64,000 bases of DNA from Candidatus Hydrogenedentota bacterium (GTDB taxonomy: Bacteria; Hydrogenedentota; Hydrogenedentia; Hydrogenedentales; SLHB01): contig JARKSN010000175.1 of NCBI GenBank assembly GCA_029974275.1, positions 1-64,000 of the forward strand, in the 5' to 3' direction. Below, piece after piece: positions 26,446-36,040 of the stretch (positions are counted from its first letter, which is position 1; every line of letters starts with the position of its first letter). The notes under the pieces are model-generated. The model did no database searches, had not been told where the DNA came from, and worked only from the letters and a program-made list of their open reading frames with translations. The translations under genes and the position numbers were made by a program.

Positions 26446-29051
26446 CGCTTAGACGGGCGCTTTTCCGTTGGCCCCACGGAGAGTGTTTGCCCTGCCGTTA
26501 ACGTGAGGGCCTTGGGCAGGGATATCTTCCCCTGGACGGCGCTGCACACGAACGCGCTCCGGCCCCATGTCACGGCTATTTGACCTGTATTGACGAAAGG
26601 CGCAAGGTCGAGTTGGCGCAGCGTCAGTGCGCCGTGAAGGACCGTCAGGGATGCTTGTCTTCCCTTTTGCGCATACACGCCCCAGGCGCCGTCGATGGCC
26701 CAGAACGTCGAGAATTTCTCCGTGTAGGCCTTCGGCGCAAAACCGATGCGCCCGGCGCCCTTATCGAAGGTGAAGCCCGACCACGCAGTCAGCAAGCCGT
26801 ACGAGGCCAGGGCGCGGGCATAGTGGTGCCCGCACTCGAACTCGTCCCAGGGATTGCGCGCGATGCCGTCGTGGCGGTCGCGGCAGCCTTTGACGACGCT
26901 CAGGCCTTCGGTCAGCAGGCCTTCCAGGATGAGGTGACTCGCAACCTGATACTCGATGCCGGTCCATACCTCGTCGGAGTACACAAACGGGAACGCCGGG
27001 CGCTCGCCTCGGGGCCATGAACACAGCAGCAGGCCCGCCTCGTCGTTAATGGCGTACACGCGTTGGGCATTGGCGTGATCGGTGAGGTCTTCTTTCCAGT
27101 TGTATTTGAAGATCGCTTTCAACGTCGCGCGAACATGCTTGGGATCAAGCAGGTAGCCCAACCCCGACAGCGAGGCAACCCACTGGCCCAGTATCTGATC
27201 GGACAGGCAGCCCGTGCCGAACTGATATTGCGGCCCGTTCTTGATGTCGCATTTCTGGATATAGTACTCGCCGTTGAAGAGGTGTTTGTCGGTCCACGCG
27301 GCGCCCTTCCGGTAGATGGAGCGGTATTCCGCCGCGGACGCCGCATCGCCGAAGCGATCGGCGATTTCCGCGCCCGCCAACAGCGCGCCAAGGTAGAAAA
27401 CGTTTATCATCGGATTTGGCCCGACGAACTCGATGTCGTAGGTGTTGTGCTGAACCCCGTCGATGACGCCGTCCTTATCGGGGTCCCACTGCACCCACGC
27501 GTGCTCGAGGGCGCGCTTGGCCCGCGGCCAGATCGCGCCTAGCCAAGCGTCATCGCCGCTGATTTTCCAGTCGCGGTAAAGCTTGATGATCCCGCCGAGC
27601 TGGCCGTCGCCGCAGGCATGGAAGTCGTTGGGCGGCGTCCCGATTGGAAGCTGAATGCGGAAACACATGCCGCCGTCGGCGCGCAGGTTGTATGTATAGT
27701 CCGCCGTGCGCATGGTGCGCTCCAGTTCTGGGAACAGAAACGCCAATGCCTGTTGGTAGTTCCATACGTGCGTGCAAGAGCCCTCGCAGCATCCGGCCAT
27801 GGGGGCGCAGCCTTCCCAGCCGTAGAACGTGCCGTCGGTCAGGCGAATGCACGTGGCCGACTTGATGATGCCGAGGTTGGCGGACACCGCGTCGAGCAGG
27901 GCAGGGGGCGCGGTCGTCGAGAACAAAGCGTCGTGGAAGGTCTTCGTGGCCTTGTGCAGTTCGGCCTCGCGACGGTTCAGCTTTTGCGCGACATCCAGCG
28001 CGCTCGAGAATTGGGAGGCGTAATAGTTCTTCCACACCGGGTTTTTCTTGGGAGCGCTGTCGGAGCAGTTCGATCCCGCGCAACAGCTTCCGGGATTGTG
28101 CCAATACATCTCATAGTTCGGGTGATGCCACGTTACATAAAACGTCACCGTTTTCGACTCGCCCGGCTTCAGTTTTGCACGAATGCCCAACGACCCGGCG
28201 TCGGTGTTCTTCTCGTCCGACGGCGGATAGTCGCGGTCGACGAACTGGCCCTTGGCGGCGAACGTGTCCCAAAAGTCGTGCATCGGGTTGAACCACCCCG
28301 CGCGCAGCCAGTACTTGAGCGCCGTGACCGATTTGTCCGGCGTCGTCAGGGCGATGCTGCCGTAGCGGGGATGGTCCTCGGCCCATTTCTCCGAACGGAA
28401 CACCAACCCGCGCACGCCGCCGTCGTCGACGAACTCGTTGACGTTTTGGCCGTAGCCAAACTCGGTTTTGCTGAAGGTGAAATCCTTTTCCGACATGCCG
28501 ATGCTGCCGATCGTGTTCAGGATGCTCCACGCGACGGTGGCGTCGACGGGATTCTTGGTGCGGTTCGTGAGGGTGTACTTCAAGATAGCCGCGGGAAAAC
28601 CGGAGTCGTCGGCGTTGCTGGGGATGAAGGGATTGTAGGCCTCCAACGACACCGTCACCGGCAGTTTTTTGCAGGCAAAGTCGATGTGCGCGAAGGGAAA
28701 CTCGCCGCGAAACGTGCAGGAATCCATATGCGGCAGGCCTTCGCCGGCGGCGTTCGGGTCGCCCCCGCCCCCGCCTTGAAACGGCGGCAGAGGTTTTCCC
28801 TGCAACACGCGGCACACGGGGTCTTTGCCCTTTTCCTTGGCCCAGATCACCGGAAAGGTCTTGGGCATGTAGGCGCCGATACTGGGCCGGTTGTAGATCT
28901 CCCAGTCGATAAGCCCGCCAAAGCCGGACAGGCTCACGTTGCCCGCGCCAATGCCGCCCAGTGGGAAGGAGATCATCTTGAGGGCGTCGCCGGTGAACGT
29001 GCGCTGCTTGCCCAGTTTCAAGAGTTCGGTTTTCGAGTAACCCTTCTTCAT
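26442..29051 (-). CDS. GH116-family glycoside hydrolase (non-lysosomal glucosylceramidase-like), no signal peptide
   Basis: FPLGGIGAG, GEFPFA, YGWEGC...CCEGSCTHVWNY, QHNTYD, DQILGQW, YSDEVWTGIEY, ECGHHYAR. Confidence 0.93.
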   Translation of the reverse strand: MKKGYSKTELLKLGKQRTFTGDALKMISFPLGGIGAGNVSLSGFGGLIDWEIYNRPSIGAYMPKTFPVIWAKEKGKDPVCRVLQGKPLPPFQGGGGGDPNAAGEGLPHMDSCTFRGEFPFAHIDFACKKLPVTVSLEAYNPFIPSNADDSGFPAAILKYTLTNRTKNPVDATVAWSILNTIGSIGMSEKDFTFSKTEFGYGQNVNEFVDDGGVRGLVFRSEKWAEDHPRYGSIALTTPDKSVTALKYWLRAGWFNPMHDFWDTFAAKGQFVDRDYPPSDEKNTDAGSLGIRAKLKPGESKTVTFYVTWHHPNYEMYWHNPGSCCAGSNCSDSAPKKNPVWKNYYASQFSSALDVAQKLNRREAELHKATKTFHDALFSTTAPPALLDAVSANLGIIKSATCIRLTDGTFYGWEGCAPMAGCCEGSCTHVWNYQQALAFLFPELERTMRTADYTYNLRADGGMCFRIQLPIGTPPNDFHACGDGQLGGIIKLYRDWKISGDDAWLGAIWPRAKRALEHAWVQWDPDKDGVIDGVQHNTYDIEFVGPNPMINVFYLGALLAGAEIADRFGDAASAAEYRSIYRKGAAWTDKHLFNGEYYIQKCDIKNGPQYQFGTGCLSDQILGQWVASLSGLGYLLDPKHVRATLKAIFKYNWKEDLTDHANAQRVYAINDEAGLLLCSWPRGERPAFPFVYSDEVWTGIEYQVASHLILEGLLTEGLSVVKGCRDRHDGIARNPWDEFECGHHYARALASYGLLTAWSGFTFDKGAGRIGFAPKAYTEKFSTFWAIDGAWGVYAQKGRQASLTVLHGALTLRQLDLAPFVNTGQIAVTWGRSAFVCSAVQGKISLPKALTLTAGQTLSVGPTEKRPSKR

Positions 29052-29102
29052 GTCAGACTGCCTTTTCCTTTGTGGTTGTTGGGAAGAAAAAACCGGGCCG
29101 CT

Positions 29103-30230
29103 CTAGATATGTCCGGCGTTGCGACGCTTCAATTCGGCTACCGCATGACGGACATCCTGGGCGCGGTCTTTGGGCACGACCAGCACGCCGTCCGGCGTGA
29201 CGGCCACGACAAGGTCTTCCACGCCGATGACCGCAACGGCCATGTTTTCCAGGCCGGCATCGTTATACACAATGCAACGCCGGCTATCCAGCACGACCGG
29301 CGCGCCGTGGAGCACGTTGCCGTTTTCGTCCTGGACGCGCGTGCGTTCAAGGGCCGGCCACGATCCGACATCGTCCCAATGAAATTCCGCGCGCGCCATC
29401 ACGACGCGCCGCGCATGTTCCATCAACGCATAGTCGATCGAGATATCCTCGAGGTCTTCGAACAATCCCTGCACCTTGTCGTCGTCGCCGATCCGCAGGG
29501 CGCGGGTGATCTCGCGGAGCGCGTGGGACAACACGGGACGCGCCGCGTCGAGTTCCTCCATGAACGTCGAGAGCTTCCAGAAGAACATCCCGCTGTTCCA
29601 GCAATACCGGCCCGACTCGATGAAATCTTCCGCGCGTTCGCGGCTGGGTTTTTCGTGGAAGGCTCCCACAGGGTAGACAGCCACGCCGTGCGGCGTTTCG
29701 GGGAGCGGCTCCGTGCGCGCTTGAATTTGAATGTACCCGAACGATGTCTCGGGCCGGGTCGGCGGAATGCCCAGGATCGCCAGGCAATCGTCGCGTTCGG
29801 CGACGGTCAGCGCGGCATCGATCGCCTGCACAAATTTCTGCGTGTCGTGAATCACGTGATCGGCCGTCATGACGGCCATCGTGAAATCCAAATGTTCCGC
29901 GCCGTATTTGGCGTTCAAAAAGGCCGCCGCATACGCCAACGCCCCCGCCGTATTGCGCTTGGCAGGTTCGGCCAGCACATTTTCCGGAGGCGTCCCCACA
30001 TTGGCCCCGCGAATGGCATCCGCCAGATGGCTTCCCGTGACCACATACACATGCTCCGCGGGAATGAGCGGCGCGATGCGCGCCACCGCTTCGGCCAGCA
30101 TGCTCTCATCCGCACTCGTCAGCTTCAGCAATTGCTTGGGCCGGTCGCGACGGGACAAGGGCCAGAAGCGTTCCCCGGAACCGCCCGCCATGATCACGCC
30201 CAACCGCAAGGGAGTCTTTCCTGATGCCAT
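29103..30230 (-). CDS. manC: Mannose-1-phosphate guanylyltransferase
   Basis: IMAGGSGERFWPLSR..PKQ, EPAKRNTA, ADH, FHEKP, WNSGMF, SIDYALME, WDDVGSW. Confidence 0.93.
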   Translation of the reverse strand: MASGKTPLRLGVIMAGGSGERFWPLSRRDRPKQLLKLTSADESMLAEAVARIAPLIPAEHVYVVTGSHLADAIRGANVGTPPENVLAEPAKRNTAGALAYAAAFLNAKYGAEHLDFTMAVMTADHVIHDTQKFVQAIDAALTVAERDDCLAILGIPPTRPETSFGYIQIQARTEPLPETPHGVAVYPVGAFHEKPSRERAEDFIESGRYCWNSGMFFWKLSTFMEELDAARPVLSHALREITRALRIGDDDKVQGLFEDLEDISIDYALMEHARRVVMARAEFHWDDVGSWPALERTRVQDENGNVLHGAPVVLDSRRCIVYNDAGLENMAVAVIGVEDLVVAVTPDGVLVVPKDRAQDVRHAVAELKRRNAGHI

Positions 30231-30447
30231 GCGCCGTTCCTCCTGGATATGAATGCGATGCGCCATGGTACGACAAGCGCAATCGGCGCCACAAGGGAAA
30301 GTTAGGGGGGATGACCCGGGGCGAGGATCGCCTTCATGACGCCGCACGTGAAGACGGCATCGCGCGAGCCTATCATCAGGGGAGACAATCCGTCGCCCAA
30401 AAAAACAATAAAAAAGTTAAAATCAAATAAATATGGTATTTGGCTGT

Positions 30448-30476
30448 TTGACTTGCCCTTCCAAATCTGGCACAAT
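30448..30476 (+). promoter_or_regulatory. Sigma70-type promoter upstream of the SDR operon
   Basis: TTGACT-17 nt-CACAAT with an extended TG; AT-rich UP-like tract upstream. Confidence 0.55.
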
Positions 30477-30748
30477 GCCCTGTCTTGTAACGGAGCGTTT
30501 CCACGAAGGTATGATAGAGGAGAGTAGGAAGCGCGTTTTTCCTATATCTAGCGTGACGGCTTGTGCGGGCGCCAATAGCTGTGGTCCCGTCTCCCCGGGA
30601 AGAGAGGGAAAGTGCCGTCGGTACATTGTGCGCGAAGCCAGGAAGGCATGACGTCTCGAATGAATCCGAGGACGCAGACAAAGACGGTATGCGCCGAAGG
30701 GTTCTCTCCCGATAGTCTCCGAAAAGCATTGCAGAAAAAGGAAGATGC

Positions 30749-31969
30749 ATGAGCGATCGATCGGTGTTGATAACGGGCGCGACGGGGATTATGGGCAGTT
30801 GGGTGCTGGGAGAGGCCTTGGCGCGCGGCTATCGCCCGGTAGTCTTGATGCGCGACGCCAATCCGCAACGCGCCCGCGAACGGCTTACCGCCGTGCTGCG
30901 GTTGAATGGCCACGAAACCCGGCTGGACGACGTGCGTATTCTTCAAGGAGACACACGATCGCCTAATTTGGGCCAGTCGAGCGCGGAAATCGCTTCTCTC
31001 CGCGCATCGCTGGGGGGCATGATCCACTGCGCCGCCTGCACAAGCTTCGGATCGGATTCCGATCAGGAACTGTGGGAGACCAACGTCGGCGGCGTGAAGA
31101 ACGTGCTGGCGTTTTTGGAAGGAACCGGCGTTCCGTTGTACTACGTGAGCACGGCGTACATCGCCGGGCGGCGTCGCGGTCGCGTGCTGGAGACGGAGCT
31201 CTACCGCAACCAGGAATTCAATAACACCTACGAACGCAGCAAATGCGAGGCGGAGCGCCTGGTTCGAGCCTCCATGGCTGCGGGGCGGCTTCAAGCCTCC
31301 ATTTTCCGCCCGGGCATCATCGTGGGCTGCACCGACCAGGGCCGCATCACGCAATTTTTGAATTTCTATAGTTTTCTTCGATTGTTGGACATCATCGCGG
31401 CGCGACGGAAGCGCGAGAGCGGCCCGGTGCGCATCGCGGCGAATCCATTGGGCACCAAAAACCTTATACCGGTGGACTGGACGGCCAAGGCGCTGTGGCA
31501 GATTGTCGAGGCGGACGGCGCCTCGGGACACACGTATCACTTGACGAACCCGAAGCCGGTTTCGCACGCAAGCCTTCTCGATTGGGCCAACAAAATTTTG
31601 TGCAGCAAAGGCATGCGCTTTGAGTTCGTCGACGAAGTGGGCGCCGACGCGAATGGTCTCGAAGAAGCCTGCCGCGCGGCCTTCTCGCACTACAGCCCCT
31701 ATTTGCAGGGGGAACCGCGCTTCGACCGCGCCAACACCGATCGCGCGCTGGGCGATTCGCTTCCTTTCCCCGAAATCGGCCCCGATCTGTATGTCCGGCT
31801 GTTGTCCTTTGCCAAAGGCCAGCGTTGGCGCGGCATCTTCGGATGCAAGACGGCCGAGGTGTGTGCCCCAAAAGATGCGACGATCGCCCCCTTCCCGCTT
31901 GCCGGCAAGGCGCCCGCTCTTGCCAGCATCGATCCTTCGTTGGAACTGGCGGTCGCCCAGTGCCCCTAA
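30749..31969 (+). CDS. Extended SDR oxidoreductase (NAD_binding_4; thioester/fatty-acyl reductase-like)
   Basis: VLITGATGIMG, IHCAA, NVGG, YVSTAY, YERSK, IFRPGIIVG. Confidence 0.88.
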   Translation: MSDRSVLITGATGIMGSWVLGEALARGYRPVVLMRDANPQRARERLTAVLRLNGHETRLDDVRILQGDTRSPNLGQSSAEIASLRASLGGMIHCAACTSFGSDSDQELWETNVGGVKNVLAFLEGTGVPLYYVSTAYIAGRRRGRVLETELYRNQEFNNTYERSKCEAERLVRASMAAGRLQASIFRPGIIVGCTDQGRITQFLNFYSFLRLLDIIAARRKRESGPVRIAANPLGTKNLIPVDWTAKALWQIVEADGASGHTYHLTNPKPVSHASLLDWANKILCSKGMRFEFVDEVGADANGLEEACRAAFSHYSPYLQGEPRFDRANTDRALGDSLPFPEIGPDLYVRLLSFAKGQRWRGIFGCKTAEVCAPKDATIAPFPLAGKAPALASIDPSLELAVAQCP

Positions 31970-32034
31970 GGGGCGTGTCCGGCGACTCCCTGCCCGCATG
32001 AGCGGCATGGACTCCGAGACGGTGCGGCGTCTAC

Positions 32035-32580
32035 ATGGCGCCGGAAGCAGCGGCAGGGGGACGAGGGGGACAGGTGGACGAAGCGCTGGCGAAGGGCATA
32101 ACCTCCATCGAGCATGCAGCGGGCGACCCTGCGCGCGGACTGCCCGAGGATATTTTCCTGCTGATCAGTCGGCTCACGCCGCTTGTCAATGTCGATTTGC
32201 TCATCCGGGACGACAGGGGGCGCACTCTATTGACCTGGCGAGAAGACGCTTATTATGGCGCGGGCTGGCACGTTCCCGGCGGGATCATTCGCTTCAAGGA
32301 GACGGCTGCGGAGCGGCTTCGTGCCGTGGCCCGGGAAGAACTGGGCGCGGAGGCGGATCCCGAACCGGCGCCCGTTGCCTTTCACGAAGAAATCCACCCC
32401 GAACGCGCGATCCGGGGCCATTTCATCTCCTTGTTGTACCGCTGCGTTCTGATCGGCCCGCCGGATGCGGCGCGTCGGGCGGACGGACCCTTCCCCGCGC
32501 CCGGAACGTGGCGCTGGCATGACGGACCTCCCGATGCCTTGATCGACGTGCATCGCGTCTATGAGCCTTTTCTGAAATGA
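32035..32580 (+). CDS. NUDIX hydrolase, GDP-mannose mannosyl hydrolase-like
   Basis: TPLVNVDLLIRD, WHVPGGIIRFKET...RAVAREELG. Confidence 0.85.
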   Translation: MAPEAAAGGRGGQVDEALAKGITSIEHAAGDPARGLPEDIFLLISRLTPLVNVDLLIRDDRGRTLLTWREDAYYGAGWHVPGGIIRFKETAAERLRAVAREELGAEADPEPAPVAFHEEIHPERAIRGHFISLLYRCVLIGPPDAARRADGPFPAPGTWRWHDGPPDALIDVHRVYEPFLK

Positions 32581-33035
32581 TCGCGGACGATGCAGGGGCC
32601 GAATCTTCTTGCGGCAACGTCCCGCGCCAATTCGGGCGGTACATGCTGGTCGGACTATTCAACACGGCGTTCGGCTATGCCGTCTACGCAGGACTGACCT
32701 ATGCGTTGACGCCCCGTCTCCCCCACGCCTACATGGCGGCGGCCGTAATCGGGTCGATCTTGTCGATCACAGTCGCCTTTGTCGGCTACAAAATGTTTGT
32801 TTTCCAAACGCGGGGGAATTGGCTGCGCGAATATCTGCGCGTGTACATGGTCTATGGAACTTCGATGCTGACCAACCTGATCCTGCTGCCATTCGTCGTC
32901 GCCGCCGCGGCTTTTTTCTTGACGCGCAAGGAATATGCGCCCTATATCGCAGGCGCGGCGCTGCAAGGCGGAACGATTTTGATGAGCTTCTTTGGGCACC
33001 GCCATTTTTCCTTTCGCGCAACCGGGAAGCGTTGA
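32577..33035 (+). CDS. GtrA-family membrane protein (lipid-linked sugar translocase)
   Basis: RYMLVGLFNTAFGY, four TM segments, YKMFVF, HRHFSF; ATGA overlap with the NUDIX gene. Confidence 0.88.
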   Translation: MIADDAGAESSCGNVPRQFGRYMLVGLFNTAFGYAVYAGLTYALTPRLPHAYMAAAVIGSILSITVAFVGYKMFVFQTRGNWLREYLRVYMVYGTSMLTNLILLPFVVAAAAFFLTRKEYAPYIAGAALQGGTILMSFFGHRHFSFRATGKR

Positions 33036-33087
33036 CGAGACGGGCCGGGCGCTCCGTGTTTCTTACGCGTCCCCCACGACGTTGTGT

Positions 33088-33855
33088 TTACTGGGCAGGG
33101 TCGAGTTGCGCGGCGACCGCGTCGTGGAGGGTCTGGGCGAGGCGTTTGCGGTCGGCGTCCTGGATCGGCGCGGGACCAAAAACCAGGGTCGCTTCGCAAT
33201 AGGGAAGGCGGAGAAAAGCCCCCATGCTTTGCGCGAACGTTTGTTCCGGCCCCCAGATCACGCTGTCGCGCACGGAAGGGGAGCCGTCGGGCGTGCGGTA
33301 CTGAATGGCGGCGTAATGAACGGGCATGCCGCGCGCGACGGCGGTTTCGAGCAACGCCGGACGAAACGCCTTGACCGTCCCATCGACCGAGATGCGGCTC
33401 TCGGGAAAAACATGAATCCCGTAGCCGCGATCGAGGCGCTTGCCGAGTTCCGCATTTACGCGCAACGTTTCGCGAAGATCGGATCGGTCAATGAAGACGG
33501 TGTCCGCCGCGCGCACGACGAAGCCAAGCGCGGGCCAGCGCGCAACATCCGCGCGCGATACGAAGACGCACCCGGTCGCCGCAGCCAGGACGGGCTGATC
33601 CACGCTGCTCAGGTGATTGGACACCAGAAAAAAAGGGGCGTGCGGCGGCATGCCGCGCACGCGCAGCTGCACGCCGCCGCACGCAAGCAAGCCTCGCCCC
33701 CACGCGCGCAACAGCGCGCTGCGCCATGCCGCTTCACGCGCCGGAGAAATGCGCGCCCATGGGCGCACGGCAATCCGCGCGGCCACAAGAAGAAAAGTCC
33801 ATGCCGCGATGCCGGCTGCGCGCCGCGTCACGCGCATTTTCTCGCGAAGCGTCAT
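33088..33855 (-). CDS. Lysophospholipid acyltransferase (PlsC/OlsA-like)
   Basis: SNHLSSVD, FIDR, VFPES. Confidence 0.88.
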   Translation of the reverse strand: MTLREKMRVTRRAAGIAAWTFLLVAARIAVRPWARISPAREAAWRSALLRAWGRGLLACGGVQLRVRGMPPHAPFFLVSNHLSSVDQPVLAAATGCVFVSRADVARWPALGFVVRAADTVFIDRSDLRETLRVNAELGKRLDRGYGIHVFPESRISVDGTVKAFRPALLETAVARGMPVHYAAIQYRTPDGSPSVRDSVIWGPEQTFAQSMGAFLRLPYCEATLVFGPAPIQDADRKRLAQTLHDAVAAQLDPAQ

Positions 33856-33959
33856 GATGCCCCCCCGAATATTCGCCGCAACGACGCCACGCGCGCCAAG
33901 AAACGCAAAGGAAGGCAAGCGCTTCTTGCGGTCGTTGCGCCTGCGTCAAGGCGTTTGCT

Positions 33960-35984
33960 TCAGCCGTCGAGGCAAATCACCTGCGCCTCATACGGCGCCA
34001 GCGTGATCGCAATGGGGCCGTTGGCGGATACCCGCGTTGTCTCGGCATGGGAGGATTCGATCCGGACGGTGTCGTCGCGGGACTTCCATGCGAGCGTGAG
34101 AGACGCCCTGGCCGCCGCGCCGTTCTTCTCTGCGAGCGCAATGCACGATTTCGCGCCGTCCTGCGTCCGATAGCTCACGGCAACGATTGCGTCGGCGTTC
34201 TCGCCTTCCAAGGCGACGATGCCCTCGCGGCCGCGGAAATCGGCCCATGCGAAGTAGGGCGCGACGCGGCGCTTGAGGCTTGCCAGCCGCCGTACGTGGT
34301 CGGCGAATTCCGGGTATTCGGTGATGAGTTCATCGCCGCCTTTGATGCGCAGATCGAACATGATTTTGTGCGTGAAGGCGCGGTTCGCCTCGGCGTATTC
34401 CTCGGCGTCGATCGAGGTGCTCGTCAAGAGCCAGGGCGCGGAATAGAGGATTGGATCGACGTCTTCGAGGAAATCCCACGTCCAGGCGCCGTCCGTCCAC
34501 TGGCCCGTGAACTCGTTGGTGCACTCGGCCAGCAGCATGCCGCCGGGGCATTCGCGCCGCACGAAGGCGCGGGTCTCGTCGAGCAGTCGCGCGAAACCGT
34601 CGATGGGCGCTCGATCGGGATGGCTGTGCCCATGGGAATCGTTGTAGCAGGGGAAATTCTTGATCGAAATCTGGTCGAGTTGGATGTTGCCGAAGCCGTA
34701 GTCACGCACGATGCGTCGCATGGTTTCCAGAAAATATTCTTGCTGCTCGGCGCAAGGGCAGATTTCATGATGCATGCGCTCGCGATCGGTTCCGGGGCCG
34801 TCGACGGTGAAGCCGGCCCAGTCGCCTGCGTGGTTCGGCGCATTCTCGCGCGATCGCACCTCCCACCGGTGACCGAATGCCTGATGTTCGGGCATGGTTA
34901 CGTTGGCGAGGGTTCCGTTGAAGAAGGGAATCAATTCCGCGCCTAGCTCTTTTGCGCGCGCGACAGCGGCGCGCAGCCCTTCCTCGCCGCCCCATTCGCG
35001 GTTGGGAACGTAGCGGTAGAAGTAGTGGTTGTCATGTCCGCCCTCGTGCCAGCCGAAAAGCAGCAAATACGGGCAGCCCGCCGACAGCGAGGCCTCGGCC
35101 ATGCGAGGCAGATCGGCGTATGAGAAGCGCGACGATCCGTCCTGGTGCTTCAGGAAGAAGTAATGCCAGCCGACGCTTTCGACGAATTTGGCGATGCGTT
35201 CCGGCTTGACGATCCATGACGCGACCCATTCGCGGTGCGCATCGGCGGTCGCGCGCCAGTCGCCTTCGTGCAAGAATATTCGCATGGGAGGCGATTGCCA
35301 CGTCTCGCCGGGCGCGAGACGCCGCGGGAACGTGGCGGAAAGATCCAGGGAACGCGCGAACGGCTTGGTTTTTTTGTCGATGGTCTTCGCGACGAAGAAA
35401 TCGACCAGGCTGAAATCCGTATGGCGGGCTTCGAGTCCGACGCCGTGCGCGGGCGAGGAATAGTCGCTCCATGCCGTCACCATGCGACCGGGATATCGCG
35501 ACGCCAATTTGTGCATATACTGTTCCGCGTTGCGGTGATCGCCTCCGAATTGCGGACCGAAGGGATCGAAGGAACGTTTCCCGAAAGACGGGACCGTGTA
35601 GCGGGCGCCCTCGATGGGCGACAGGCCCAACAGACACGGAAACTGGAGTTCCTCAAAAGCCAGGCGTCCCGTGTTCGTGATTTCGAGCGTCGCCACGATC
35701 GCAAGGCCGTCGAGCGAGAGCCGGGCCGTTGCACGCAGGTCGCTGGTTTCGAAGCGCAACGTCACGGCGCCGGCTTCCTGGGACATCTGCGGCGCCTCGC
35801 TGTCCAGATGGCGGCACAGCATCGGTCCGTCCGGAGCGATGATCCGGAACAGGCGCGTCGACGTTCCCTTCGAGACGAGTTCCTTGGCGAGTCGCTTGTT
35901 GTGGATCGAGGCGAATCCGCCGGTGAGCGGGTCGATCGTGACGCGGACATCCGCGTTTTCCAGGATCATGGCTTCTCCTTCCAT
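33960..35984 (-). CDS. DUF6259-like protein (putative glycoside-hydrolase barrel)
   Basis: HEGDWRATAD.HREW, LFGWHEGGHD, WGGEEGLR, IQLDQI, LLAEC. Confidence 0.65.
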   Translation of the reverse strand: MEGEAMILENADVRVTIDPLTGGFASIHNKRLAKELVSKGTSTRLFRIIAPDGPMLCRHLDSEAPQMSQEAGAVTLRFETSDLRATARLSLDGLAIVATLEITNTGRLAFEELQFPCLLGLSPIEGARYTVPSFGKRSFDPFGPQFGGDHRNAEQYMHKLASRYPGRMVTAWSDYSSPAHGVGLEARHTDFSLVDFFVAKTIDKKTKPFARSLDLSATFPRRLAPGETWQSPPMRIFLHEGDWRATADAHREWVASWIVKPERIAKFVESVGWHYFFLKHQDGSSRFSYADLPRMAEASLSAGCPYLLLFGWHEGGHDNHYFYRYVPNREWGGEEGLRAAVARAKELGAELIPFFNGTLANVTMPEHQAFGHRWEVRSRENAPNHAGDWAGFTVDGPGTDRERMHHEICPCAEQQEYFLETMRRIVRDYGFGNIQLDQISIKNFPCYNDSHGHSHPDRAPIDGFARLLDETRAFVRRECPGGMLLAECTNEFTGQWTDGAWTWDFLEDVDPILYSAPWLLTSTSIDAEEYAEANRAFTHKIMFDLRIKGGDELITEYPEFADHVRRLASLKRRVAPYFAWADFRGREGIVALEGENADAIVAVSYRTQDGAKSCIALAEKNGAAARASLTLAWKSRDDTVRIESSHAETTRVSANGPIAITLAPYEAQVICLDG

Positions 35985-36040
35985 TCGGTTTCGTATGACG
36001 AAATGATCGGGTTTTCACGTTGCGGCATGCGCGCGCCGCT

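Noticed and set aside
29095..29106. Second copy of the CTAGAGC element at the manC stop
   Set aside because: Only 7 bp match and there is no partner inverted end nearby
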